Shown here: positions 50,742 through 63,000 of the stretch, piece by piece
How the letters are laid out: each line of letters starts with the position of its first letter
Position numbering within the stretch: position 1 is the stretch's first letter
Source: Felis catus
Lineage: Eukaryota
Direction: 5' to 3'
Length of the DNA stretch: 64,000 nucleotides
Assembly (NCBI RefSeq): GCF_018350175.1
Contig: NC_058368.1
Coordinates: 203,796,001 to 203,860,000 of the forward strand
Notes under the pieces: generated by a model
The model's input: the letters and a program-made list of their open reading frames with translations, nothing else
The model's database searches: none
What the model was told of the DNA's origin: nothing
Made by a program: the position numbers and the translations under genes

Positions 50742-52200
50742 GGCTTCAGCTCCAATGTGTAAAGAGCTGGGAAGGTGTCAGCCTCATCCTTCCAAGAAGA
50801 AAGCTGGGGAAAGAAGCCCTAAAAAATCAACAACTTTTCTTAGACTTATTAGAGAACTGAGGTCGTAGAGCAAACTGCTACCTCAAAAACTGGAGAGACA
50901 AGAAAATCCAGAGAGACAGATTTTCCAGGAAAATCAAGAACAGAAGCCTCTGGGACCATAAACTGGAAGGAACACTGAAACGGTTATTTTGAAATATTGC
51001 TGGAAGCTGAGGATGGACTAGCATGAGGTTGAGAAACTTCTGGAAGCCAAAGTCTTAGGAAGGCTCCACATTTTCATGGATTTTACCTCCTGGAACAGCA
51101 TCAGATTCTCACAGTGAAGAGCCAAGACAGTTCCCTCATGGCTCTAATAGAGGCAGGGGAAAATTATCCACTGTGAAATATGCCCAGAGCATTCTCCATA
51201 ACCAAGGCTTATATGACAAGGGAAAGAATCTAAAAGACTTCATCAGGAAAGAATTTAAAAGACTTTATCAGGGCCTCATCCTACCTGAGGAAGGGAATTT
51301 CCCATAATATATGCCCTTCTAGTTTTCTGTCCCACCTAAGGCTAGAAAGCAGCTATAAAGTATTGGTAAGGGTCACAGTCCAGGGACACAGACCTGTTAA
51401 ACATCTGAGACTTAACCGCAACACTACAGAACACTTCTCTTCTTCCACACCTGACCACACCCACAGCACTCCAGTAGAGTAACAGTAGGGTACTGCTAAA
51501 AGAGCTGCAAGATGCAGACTCTATCTAAGAAGGGCTTTTAGGGAAGCCGAAAGACAACAGAGAATAGAAAAATAAGGATCTGGGAGGAATTTGAAGACTC
51601 TGGTACCTAAAGCCACGGCAAACATTAAATACAGCCCAACTCCCTGTCAGATTAATATAAAACCTCACATTAAGGCCTATCTACTTCAGTTCAAATTACC
51701 CAATACATCATACCTGTTTTTCAATAAAATTACAAGGCAGCTAAAAAAGAAAGAAAAAATCCAGTCCACGGAGACAAAGCAAGCATTAGAACCAAATTCA
51801 GATAAAACACACATTTGTGAATTATCACGCAGGAATATAAAACAACTGTGTTATGTAGTTATGTTATGTTATGTTATGTTATGTTATGTTATGTTATGTT
51901 ATGTTATGTTATGTTCTCTGATGGAAAAAAATAGACAACATGTAAGATCAGATGGATAGTGTATGCAGAGAGACAGAAACTTTGAGAAAGAACCAAAGGA
52001 AATATAGAAATCAAAAACAATGTTAAATGAAGGATATCTCTGATGGGTCATCAGTAGACTGGTCACAGCCAAAGGAAAATTTAGTGACCTTAGAGACAGA
52101 TGAATAGCAACTTCCCGAACTGAAATATAAAGAGAAAAAAATAATTTAGAAAACAGAAGAGACCATCTAAGACCTACTGGACAATTTTAAAAGGCGTAAC
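50742..52200 (+). mobile_element. Old L1 5'UTR and ORF1 start (related to 28200-29760)
   Basis: Shared motifs tgtaaagagc, aacaactt(c)ttctt, actggagagacaa, agtagactggtcacagc; contains (GTTAT)n. Confidence 0.8.
51850..51915. repeat. (GTTAT)n pentanucleotide microsatellite
   Basis: Direct reading. Confidence 0.97.
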
Positions 52201-52879
52201 TCTGCCTTTCTGATGAGTATGAAGTGGGATCTCAGTATTTCTTAGGCCTTTTAAAACCTTGTCCTAACCTTCAACATGCTGGTCCCAAAGTCAACAATTC
52301 AATCATTTCAACCTGCCTGCCCCTTTCCAACTTCATTCCTTCTACCTGCTGTATTTATTTTCTCAGGCATATTGTCAGCCTTTATTCATAACCGCCACAA
52401 GACTTTGTTATCTTGCTGATGGAGCCCTATCATTATTGGATTCTAGAATTTCCACATTGCTTCAAAAACTATATTCTTTCTGAAGTGTTTTCTCTGCACA
52501 TATGGAGCTTCCAAGGGACCTTTCTCTAGTCTGTTGTCAAATGCTCACTAGACCTCCTTAATCCGATTATAGTTTCTCTACATGTTTTGCTTTAAGCCTG
52601 AGATAGTTGGGTCCCTCAGTCTCCTTCCAGATTTATCTATAATCCATCTCCCCCACCCCCAATAGGCCAAGGTAACTTGGAGTTTAATATGCTCAACATG
52701 GTTTCATGGCTCAAGGTAAACCTTCCATGTACACTCATGTCTGTATCTTCACCATTTACTTGCCATTAGTCTGCATATGTGAATACACAGAGGTCCTCAA
52801 ACAAATTTCAGGTCTGTTTCAGAAGCATTTAGTGCGCAGTGGTTTAAATATTAAAATTTAGTTCTGGAAGGTATGGTGT

Positions 52880-53097
52880 ATTTCAAAAAGCCTGGACTGG
52901 AAAACAGGGAATAGGATTTGTCTCTACACTCTGTCCTCACTAACTACATGAGCTTCATGAACTTCATTAATTGAGCCTCTATTTTTTCATCTTTAAAATG
53001 TGGTAATAATCTACAAAGGTTGTTATGAAGATTATACAAAGTAAAATAATCTATATAACAGCAATTATCTAAGTGCCTGGCATACAATAAATGCTTT
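52880..53097 (+). mobile_element. MIR relic
   Basis: gagcctctattttttcatctttaaaatgtggtaataat...aagtgcctggcatacaataaatgct. Confidence 0.75.
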
Positions 53098-53111
53098 AAG
53101 AAATGTCTGTT

Positions 53112-53208
53112 CACATTTGTTGGGATGAGCACTGGGTCTTATACACAGGGGATGGAATCTACCCCTGAAATCATTATTGCACTATATGCTAACTAACTGG
53201 ATGTAAAA

Positions 53209-53243
<35 letters not shown>

Positions 53244-53267
53244 ATATTAAAAAATAAAATATAAAAA
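53112..53267 (+). mobile_element. Extremely 5'-truncated carnivore L1 3' end with (AAAT)n tail
   Basis: gggatgagcactgggt...cctgaaatcattattgcactatatgctaactaact; exact TSD aagaaatgtctgtt (53098-53111 and 53268-53281). Confidence 0.9.
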
Positions 53268-55029
53268 AAGAAATGTCTGTTTACATCCTTAAAAATAAGT
53301 CACAAAACTAGACAAAATAGAATTTTCAAGTGAAAAAATATTATTTAACTTTTAGTATAAATTGAATGAAAACAAAGCATTTTGGAATTTTATTTCTCAC
53401 TTCTAAATTTTATAGTATTTAACCTTCCATTTTGATTAAGCCATCAAAGAGGCAGACTTTTCCACATCCCTTTAGCTTTTCCCAATATTCTGACTCTCCT
53501 AAAAGTTTATAGCATTTTTATGAGATTTTAAAGTATTACAACTAAATTTTTCGTTGTTTTGGCATTCTGTGTAAGCTCAGATTCATAAATTAATTGAAGC
53601 ATATAATCGAAACATCCTGAAAGTGCTGGACCCACTTTTAAGCTGCTAGAAGACAGCACCTCAGAAAGGAGTTTCTGTGGAGGTCAAAAGAAATAACTCT
53701 AGAATCCACATACCTACCCAGTAATTCCCTTAGAAAGCCAGAATTGAAAAGTCAAGCCAATACATTCTGTGGAGATAGTGTGAAAATTTTCAACAATCAG
53801 GGTTTTTTCCAACCATAAATAGAATCTCTTAACCAAAGCAGTAATGCTACAAAACAACAACAAAAATAAAACGAAAGAAAAAACAGAACAGTCTTCCTCT
53901 AATGCTTACAGTTAATCTAGAACAGTTTGCCACAAAGGGTTGCTATAAAATTTCCTGCATCTGGTTGATGTGGTGAGCAGGGAATTAATCCTAGGAAAGA
54001 GCCAAGAGAATGCAAAAATGGAATTCTAACTGCAATACTTAGCATTGCTTGATCTTCCACATCACTGGAAAAGACCAAACAGCTCTCTGTCACACCCTTG
54101 CAGGGGACCCAGTCTGGAAGCCCAAGCTGATGGCAGAGTCTGCTGATCATAACTGGAATGATTTTCAGCCAGGACTCACATCTCTACAGAATGGACTGCT
54201 CTGATCATCACAAATTCACCCCACCATCACTTCCTTCAGATTCCTCTTATATAGCAAAGCTTATCTAGGCTGTATGGAGATTATTTTTTCAGGCATTCAA
54301 GACAGTTGAAGAGCTTAAGGATTTCTGGGGGAAAAAAAAGACTAATTTTGTCTATTCAACTTTTAACTAATGGATTAAATACAATACAATGTATTAAATA
54401 CAATAGGATTTTTTTTCCTCCAATACCCTAGCTTAAACCCAGGCCATAAGCACTACCTTTGGTACAAAATACTGAGTGGCCCGTGCGGGGTGACTTAAGA
54501 ATTTCTGTGAAAACCAGTACCCTACGTGTAAAGGAAATGTCACCCCCAAAGAGCCACTCTCCCTTACCTCTTTTGCAATGCACACATTCCTAAGACAGCT
54601 AAGATAGAGTCACTACACAGCCCAGTGGATGAATTCATCAGACTCTTTTCCTCCCTGAGTGAAACAGCTAACGCTGACCATTAGAAGTTAAAGGCACCAA
54701 AGATAACAGTAAGACATATCAAAGACCCTTCCATCATCTTCCCAAACTGTATTCAGCTGGGCACCTCAGACCCTCCAAACTTCCACATTTTTTTCTGTCT
54801 CAGGGTTGTCCCCAGTTCAGCCACTACATGGCCATTGCTTGTACTCTTTTCCTGCAAGGTCTGGAACAGAGTACCCTTCTTCATCTCATACTTGAGTGCT
54901 AAAAGATTGCAGAACTTGATTATTGTGGACTTTACCTTATTATTTAATAATAAAAAAAATCCTTAGAGGTGACATTGATAAAGTGGGATAACAGTTAAAT
55001 TAAAGGCCTTGTCTTACCAATATTCTACG

Positions 55030-55520
55030 CAATAGGAGAGTCCAGACAAATGTTTGTAATAGGTTATTCATTTGGAAGTAATCCCAAGGACCAGTAAAAA
55101 TGGAGCAGGGAGAATGAGGAAATGAGGAAAAGCCAGTCATTACCAAAGGAATCATTACCCAAGGTCACTGCTGATAACTGGGACAACAAAGCTTGTTCCC
55201 ACTTTGCAACCTCTAAAAAGCCTGTAAGATGCCGCCAGAATTGTCCACCCAAGAGTGGACGAGAAGTATTTATCTGTTGTCTCCTACATCTCATGAGTTA
55301 AGGTAGCCCTCATGAAGAGTGTTAATGCCCCCATGCTTCTGAGCAGCATGTGCAATCTCGGAGCAGCCCAGAACAGAAAATGAAAGAACTATAAAGCCCT
55401 TAATGCGAGGCACTACCACCGTGATTTAAATTTGAAGCTTGCACAGAACTGTTATCATCTGCTATGCCTGAAAGCAAAGATGAAGTGAAAAAGATGCATA
55501 GCAGAGGTGTCTGATACAGC
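55030..55520 (-). mobile_element. ERVL solo LTR (LTR33-like)
   Basis: attcatttggaagtaatcccaagga...gaaaagccagt...ggtcactgctgataactgggac...agaattgtccaccc. Confidence 0.6.
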
Positions 55521-55904
55521 ACAAATCTGACAACTATGGGGAAAATTGAATTCTACCAACTCATAATAGAATTTTGTTTACAAATGAAATACTGGCCTTG
55601 ATGCTATAATACATTAGCCCATCCTAAGCCTCTAACTAGGGTTTAACCGACAATGAACAAGTTGCCTTAAAAATTACATAGTCAGAGGGGTTGACATCAG
55701 CAAGATGGTAGAATAGAAAGCCCCAAACCCTTCCTCTCCTTCAGAAATCGTGCCTCAAAAACAATACACAGACCAATTTTCTTCATGAGAAATACACAAA
55801 ACAGTTAAGAGGCTCCTACACCCTAAGCCAGCATGAAACCAACTGCATTAAAGTATGAAAATTCATGGTACTCTCTGACCATAACCCCTCCCCCTGGCAC
55901 AGAA

Positions 55905-55992
55905 CCCCACGTCGGGCTCTGTGCTGACAGCTTAGAGCCTGGACCCCACTTCAGATTCTGTGTCTCCCTCTCTCTCTGACCCTCCCCAGCTC

Positions 55993-56037
<45 letters not shown>

Positions 56038-56070
56038 AATAAATAAACATTAACAACACCAACAAAAAAA
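55905..56070 (+). mobile_element. Headless Can-SINE at the L1 deletion junction
   Basis: Starts at ccccacgtcgggctctgtgctgacag; no tRNA head and no 5' TSD. Confidence 0.92.
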
Positions 56071-56628
56071 TAGTATGGTACTAGCATAGAGGCAGACACA
56101 GAGGCCAACAGAACACTATAAAGAGGCCAGAAATGTCCATGCATATTCAGTCAACTGTTCTTCAGCAAGGATTTCAAGAAGTCACAATGGGGAAAAGATA
56201 ATCTCTTCAAAAAATGGTTTGGGAAAACTGGATATCCACATGCAAAGGAACATAACTGAACCCTTATCTTACACCATACCCAAAAAATCAACTCAAAAAT
56301 GTATGAAAACTTAAACGTAAGATGTGAAACAGTAAAACTCCTGAAAGGAAACATAGGGGAGAATCTTCACATTGGTCTTGACAATGATTTCTTGGATATG
56401 ACACCAACAGCACAGGCAACAAAAGCCAAGACCGACAAGTGGGACAGCATCAAACTAAAAAGCCTCTACAGAGCAAAGGAACTAATCAATAGAGTGAAAA
56501 GGCCGTCTACGGAATGGGAGAAAATATTTGCAAACTATATATCTGATAAAGGGCTAATTTCTAACATAAGGAACTCCTACAACTCAACAATAAAGAAACA
56601 AATAATCCACTTTAAAAATGGGCAAAAG

Positions 56629-57108
56629 TATATGGATATTACTTAGCTACAAAAAACAATGAGGTACTGCCATTCGTGACATGGATGGGCCAAGAGGGTA
56701 TGCTAAGTGAAGTAAGAAAGAGAAAGGCAAATGCTCTATGATCTCACTTATATGTGGAATGTAAAAAACAAAACAAATAAATATACAAACAAACAAAAGG
56801 CAAAAATAGACTCATAAAAGCAGAAAATAAACTGATGAATGCCAGAGGGGTAGGGTGATAGACAAAACGAGTGAAGAGGAGTAGGAGATACAAGCTTCCA
56901 GTTATGGAATAATCAATAAGGCAGGGAGATAAATGGTACAGCACAGGGAATATGGTCAATGGTACTGGAACAGTGCTATACGACGACAGACAGTAGCCAC
57001 AGCTGTGGTGAGCATAGCATAATGTATAAACTTGTTGAATCACAATGTTGTACACCTTACACTAATGTAACACTGTGTATCAGCTATCCTCCACTAATTA
57101 AAAAGGTT
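56629..57108 (+). mobile_element. Second L1 3' end (carnivore or L1MA9-like) nested in the first
   Basis: tatgctaagtgaa...tatgatctcacttatatgtggaat...gttgtacacct...; degenerate TSD tttaaaaatgggcaaaag / tttaaactggccaaaag. Confidence 0.8.
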
Positions 57109-57745
57109 TTTAAACTGGCCAAAAGACTTGAAGAAATATTTCTGCAAAGTTGATATACAAATGGCCAACAGGTATATGAAAAGATGCACAAAATAACTAA
57201 TAATCAGAGAAAGGCAAACCAAAGGCACAATGAGACACCAACTCATACCTGTTAGGATGGTCATTATATAAAACAGTAATTTTTCAAAAAACAGAAAATA
57301 ACAAACATTGACAGGGATGTGGAAGTATTGAAATCCTTGTGCACTGTTATGGTGCAGCCACGATAGAAACAGTGTAGAGGTTCCTTGAAAAATAAAATAT
57401 ATAACTATCTTATGATCCAGCAATCCCTCTTCTGGATATTCATCCAAAAGAACTGAAATCAGGATACATGTAAATCCAAGTTCATTGCAGCACTATTCAC
57501 ATTGTAGCACTATTTACAACCAGCTAAATGGCCATCGGTGTATGAATAAAGAAAATGTGGTACTTAACCTAGAAGGGAGTATGTATGTATACAATGGCAA
57601 TATGGAATTCAGCCATAAAAAAGGAGGAAATCCTGTCATATGCTACAATACAGATAAACCTTGAGGACATGATGCTAAGTGAAATAAGCCAGTCACAGAA
57701 GGATAAAGCAGTAAAATTCACTGAAGCTAAAAGTAAAATGTTTTT

Positions 57746-57961
57746 GGGTGGCACGTGGGTGGCTCAAGTGTTAAGCGTCTGACTTAGGCTCAGATCATGA
57801 TCCCAAGGTTTGTGGGTTCCAGCCCTGGGTTGGGCTCTGTGCTAACAGCTCAGAGCCTAGAGCCTGCTTTGGATTCTATGTCTCCATCTCTCAGCCCCTC
57901 CCCCACTCATGCTGTCTCTCTCTGTCTCTCTCTCTCTGTTTCCCTCTCAAAAATAAACACT
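57746..57961 (+). mobile_element. Can-SINE
   Basis: Full body; TSD taaaagtaaaatg(g)ttttt. Confidence 0.95.
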
Positions 57962-58112
57962 TAAAAGTAAAATGGTTTTTGATTATCAGAGGCTAGAGGG
58001 AAGGAGAAATGAGTTGCTGTTCAATGGGCATCAAGTTTCATTCATGCAAACTGAGGAAGTTCTAGAGATCTGCTGTATAACCTCAGTGCTATAATGTACA
58101 CTTACATAAATT

Positions 58113-58322
58113 CTTTTTTAATTTTTTTTAATGTTTATTTATTTTAGAGACAGAGAGAGCACAAGGGTCAGGGCAGAGAGAGAGGGAGACAGAATCTGAA
58201 ACAGGTTCCGGGCTCTAAGCTGTCAGCACAGAGCCTGATGCGGGGCTCAAACCCGCGAACCATGAGATCATGACCTGAGCCGAAGTCAGATGCTCAACCA
58301 ACTGAGCCACCCAGGCGGCCCC
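58113..58322 (-). mobile_element. Can-SINE
   Basis: Reverse-complement consensus; degenerate TSD tacacttacataaattctt / tatacttaaaaagttctt. Confidence 0.95.
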
Positions 58323-58536
58323 TATACTTAAAAAGTTCTTAACAGGGTAGACCTTATATTATGTATTTTTTTTACCACAATAAAGAAATTATCCAGTCAA
58401 CTTTCTCAAATCTTATGTTGAATGATGTCTGTTTCCTTGAAATTTTTGGCATTTTCTTAGAACTCCATGTGCCAAAGAAAATCAAGACATTACTCAGAAC
58501 TTCTTATTGATAAGGCTGACTCAACCTTCATTCTTT

Positions 58537-58777
58537 TTTAAATTTTTTTTATTGTTTATTATTTTTGAGAGAGAGAGAGACTGAGAGCAAGCAGGGAAGG
58601 GGCAGAGAGAGAGGGAGACACAGAATCAGAAGCAGGCTCCAGCCTCTGAGCTCTCAGGACAGAGCCCGACACAGGGCTCGACCTCACAGACCGCAAGATC
58701 ATGACCTGAGCCGTAGTCGGCCGCCCAACCGACTTCAACCTTCATTCTTTATTGATCAATAAATAAAGAGGCACCCC
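58537..58777 (-). mobile_element. Can-SINE whose head is disrupted by a copy of its own flank
   Basis: TSD tcaaccttcattcttt (58521-58536 and 58778-58793); extra 30-nt flank copy at 58735-58764. Confidence 0.93.
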
Positions 58778-59409
58778 TCAACCTTCATTCTTTATTGATC
58801 AATAAATGTTCTTTACTTTTCTCTGAATGTGGTTGAATAGTGACAATCTTCCCCCTACATCTCTTCAACCTTGGTTCTTCCTCAATTTTCTTTTTTTTAT
58901 ACTATACAAACTGCCATGAGAGTTTCCTTCTCTCTGGATCTGGTATGACATATTGCCAGTGAGCTCACTGTTTTAGCACTTGGAGAATCACTCTCATCAA
59001 TCATTCATTTGAATGCCTTTGTGCAAGTTTGTAGTCTTCTGGTAGATCTTTCAAAGAATTGGTTCTCATGGTGACTTAACACTCATGGTATTATTTCAGA
59101 TTCTCTTGTCCATGTCTTTATCCACCAGGACATTCTCAATACCTCAGAGGTCTGCTCTTGATTCAGTCCTTCCCCTCACCTCCCTGAGAAGTTAGAATGT
59201 CAAGCAAGAATGTCAAGCAATGTCAAGCAATCTAATATTCAGTGCCATATATGGACTGCTTTCCCTTTCCGTTATATAACAGTGACACCCAATTTTTAAA
59301 AGTCTCTGTTTAGAAGCCTTTGAGCAGCCATTCTCTTTCTCATGTTTAAGTCAAAGATGGTGTTAGTTGATTCAAACTGATTTGGGCACACTTCCTACAC
59401 GCAATAAAA

Positions 59410-59529
59410 TAAAAGTAAAATGGTTTTTGATTATCAGAGGCTAGAGGGAGGGGGAAATGAGTTGCTGTTCAATGGGCATCAAGTTTCACTCATGCAAAAT
59501 TGAGAAAGTTCTAGAGATCTGCTGTATAA
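59410..59529 (+). repeat. About 120-bp dispersed copy of 57962-58080 (L1 3'UTR piece)
   Basis: taaaagtaaaatggtttttgattatcagaggctagaggga...gttctagagatctgctgtataa at both sites with about 5-6 differences. Confidence 0.95.
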
Positions 59530-60408
59530 TATTTTAGTCCACAATTCTATGAATTCTGATGACTTTTCTTCCTTTTTTCAGCATCACTGCTAGCATGTGA
59601 GATAAAATCCCCCATGATAATTAACTTATCAGATGGGTTTCTCCAATTCCACTTGAATCTTTCTTTCCCATCAGCACTTGGTATGGTCATGTGGTAAAAT
59701 TAAACCACAGTAATGTCTGTGTCCCAATACTCAATTTATAAAGAACAGAGATTTCTGCCCTGCCCATGCTCACAGAGTTAAGTATACTTCTTTTCATGGA
59801 AACCCAGATGAAATTTCGTGAGCAACTTACCATCACAATGAGCTAAAAGTGGATAAAATTCCTGCATAAAAATTCAGTGCTCAGAGGAATAATCTTCCTC
59901 AAAATGGATCTAGCACTCCCTCCTCTGTACTTTAATCAATATATCTGCATTTTCTGTTTTGCATCCCTAAATTAGAAATTACTTCCACAGAAATGGGGTA
60001 ATGCTCAAAATCTTCTCCAATATGTTCTTAAGATTTAGTATTAAGAAAAAACACACTTCTTAAATATCCATTCACTTAACCTCCCCTCTTTTTCTTAATT
60101 TCACATTCTTGGTATCTTTGTCATTACTGCATCTATATCTCAAATTTACTATAATTTTTCACATTCATTTCCTTAATTATATGTCACATTTCCATTATTT
60201 ACTCAGTCATATATTCTGCTGCCCAGCATTTCTTTAATGAAATAAATTTAATTTTTCAGCCTCTAAGAAATATTAGTATTCTATTAACTTATACATGGAT
60301 ATATTATATAACACCCTCCTGCTATTTATGCCAATATCCCTTTTGAATAGGGTACATGAAAACAAAATTAAAATTCCACATTAGAGTTATAGAAATTTAG
60401 TGGAACCT

Positions 60409-60618
60409 GGGCACCTGGTGGCTCAGTCAGTTAAGCATCCAAATTCAGCTCTGGTCATGATCTCGTGGTTCGTGAGTTTGAGCCCTGCATGGGCTCTGTG
60501 CTGACAGCTCAGAGCCTGAAGCCAGCTTTGGATTCTGTGTCTCCTTCTCTTTCTTCCCTTCTCTCTCTCCCTCTCCCTCTCTCTCTCTCAAAAATAAAAA
60601 AATAAAATATAAAAAAAA
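60409..60618 (+). mobile_element. Can-SINE
   Basis: gggcacctggtggctcagtcagtt head, (CT)n, A tail. Confidence 0.94.
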
Positions 60619-62516
60619 GTGTGAACAGCAAAAAAGAAGAAAAGGAAAGGAAATAAATTTATAGGAATTCTGTTATATTTAGTAAGGATCCCGCTTCTAA
60701 CTTTATGCGTTGGATACCATTGCTCTTACACGCTTTCTCAATTTTAGGGACAAATTTAAGACTTGCACTAGTAGATTGTCAACCAACATTTCTCCTAAAA
60801 GGTAATGAAAATTAAAATTTGTATCCTTAAAAACCAGGTAATATTGAATTTTCTAAACATGGAGACATAGAGTACCCAAAGGCAGTTAAGATTACTTCCA
60901 CCACGTTTCTGGCTTCATCTGTTCAGTTCCATTAGAATAAAATGAGAGTTATATTATGACCTCTCATTACAAGGAATGCATTAATATAAAAATTACATTA
61001 AAATCAACAAAGACGGACTATGAAACAAATGAAGTCCTCACAGCAGAAGCGAACACTGCACATACAAGGGCACCAAACAGTCTACTCCGCTAAGTCCCTC
61101 AAGGAACACTGAAGCTATCAAGGGAGTGCTTAGAAAAGGACTACTCTCCACTTATGGTAGAGACTAAATATTTTATCCAGGAAAAACAACAACAACAACA
61201 ACAAAACCAGAAAATTCAGGTAAAGCTTTTAAGGCAAATAGATGGAGCTTCCAGACAGGAATTTAAGAAGTTTCACCGTGGTCACATCAGTGACATCAAT
61301 AATCAGGGCATAGGGTAAGAGCGAGAGGTGGGAACAGTAATACTATTCCTAACAATTCTAACTAAAACAATTTTCCTAATTATCTAGTCTGAGAGTTGCC
61401 TTTTTTGAGAAGAGATAGAAAGCAGCAAGGCACAGCCATATTTGCCCCTAGAACACAACCCAAATTCACAAAGTTTCAGACTAAGTGGGCCTAAGTCACT
61501 AGGGCCTTTTGTCCTTGATCTTCGTCTTTTAATTTGTCCTTGGTTTTAAATGTCCCCCCAAATACACGATAGACATAATTCTACGGTCCCTCTAGCCATT
61601 CTCCAATAAGTTGGAGGACTTTAGGATGCCTCAACCTAACTGGACAGCTGAAATATCGTAGGACCACTCCAAATACACAGAATCCTCCCAACAAAGGGTA
61701 AACTAATATAAGACACTAATGTCAGGCCAATGACTGACTGGAGCTAATGAATGAAGCTAATGAAAGCCACACCAGTCGCAGTTTGCTTATTCGTGCCATA
61801 AGCATTACATTGTTGCCCAGTGTATATATAGAATTGCACATCGTATAATGTCCCCTAGAGCACCTTGATATTAACTATTCAGTTACTGCCATGCCAATGC
61901 CTGGCTTCCCATACTGCCACAGCATTCCATGTCCAGCCTCCAATAACCCTAATCCCATCTTCAATAGCATCCAGGGAATTTTAGTAACCAAAAGCATTAA
62001 CCAAAAGACAAATCCATCCATAAAGTAACATTACTTCCAAAAACTCCAAAATAGTATTTGTCAAAGTCCAAAGAGTAACAGCTAAGAAAACGATGTTTGC
62101 AGCTATCTCATTTTCTAGTTATGGATAATATTTATGTTACTAATAACCAGAGATTGCCAGTGGCATTTCAAAGATGTTAAGGGTGACAGAGAAAGTATCT
62201 AAAATTATTCTGATTCATAACCCTGCCCATGTTCTCCTATTTCTAAATGTGGAAAGTAGAAAGACTAAGGATGGATAAGAGAGGCAAAGTGTAGAAGATT
62301 CAAACTAGATCAAAATAAACCTAATAATGTTAAGGTATTGCTACTTTTGTTTAGAACTATCTTTTGCTCTTTTACACCAAACGGATGGAATAGCAGGGAC
62401 CCCGAATATGCTAAGAAAATGGCTTTTGTGTTCAAATTTCCAATCAACAAATGGAATAAGCCCTTGTAAGTGGAATTCATTTAAAATCCATAGACCATGC
62501 AGAATTTCTAAGATAT

Positions 62517-63000
62517 GCATTGTCCAATCCAATGGCCACCAACCACAAATGACTACTTTAAATGTGACTACTTCAACTAAGGAAGCAAATTTTTTATGTT
62601 ACTTAATTTTAACCCATTTAAATTAAATTTAAAAACTGGTAATTTCAATAACTAGAAATTTTTCAAGTATGTTTGAAATAACCTAGGCACATGAATCTAT
62701 TTTTTCAACTATTAATTGTATGAAATATAAATTTATATTAAGTACTTCTAATGAAAATCTGGCATTCTGATTGTGATGTGCCATGAATGTAAATATATGC
62801 TAAAATTTGAAAACTCTGTATGAAAAAAGAATATAAAATATCTCATTAATAGTTTTCATGTTAGTTACATGTCAAAATGATATTGGTTTAAGCTCATCAT
62901 TAAATTAATTTCATTTGTTTATCTTTATTTTTTGTGATTAATGGAAATTTTTTAATTACATATGTGGCTCATATTATATACTTATTGAATGAATAGTGCA
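62517..63000. mobile_element. Charlie1/MER3-related hAT DNA transposon fossil
   Basis: ttgtccaat...gccacc(a)accacaaatgactac at one end and ttacatatgtggctcatattata at the other; internal Charlie-like tgaatctattttttcaact...aatgaaaat. Confidence 0.7.

Larger units (their letters stand above)
55685..58383 (+). mobile_element. L1 (L1MA-like) with both termini, a large internal deletion and nested insertions
   Basis: 5' end gaggggttgacatcagcaagatgg; ORF2p C-terminal remnants (ORF 56299-56646 ...WEKIFANYISDKGLIS; 57585+ SAIKKEEILSYAT...LSEISQSQKDK); 3' end taccacaataaa; degenerate TSD aaaaattacatagtca / agaaattatccagtca (12/16). Confidence 0.85.

Noticed and set aside
56299..56646. ORF with clear protein similarity
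   Set aside because: Fragment of the L1 ORF2p C-terminus in a disrupted element; recorded under the L1, not as a CDS.
59194..59230. Short tandem repeats (aatgtcaagc x3; also 51221-51270 and 57483-57516)
   Set aside because: Ordinary slippage duplications; counted only as background in the clustering finding.
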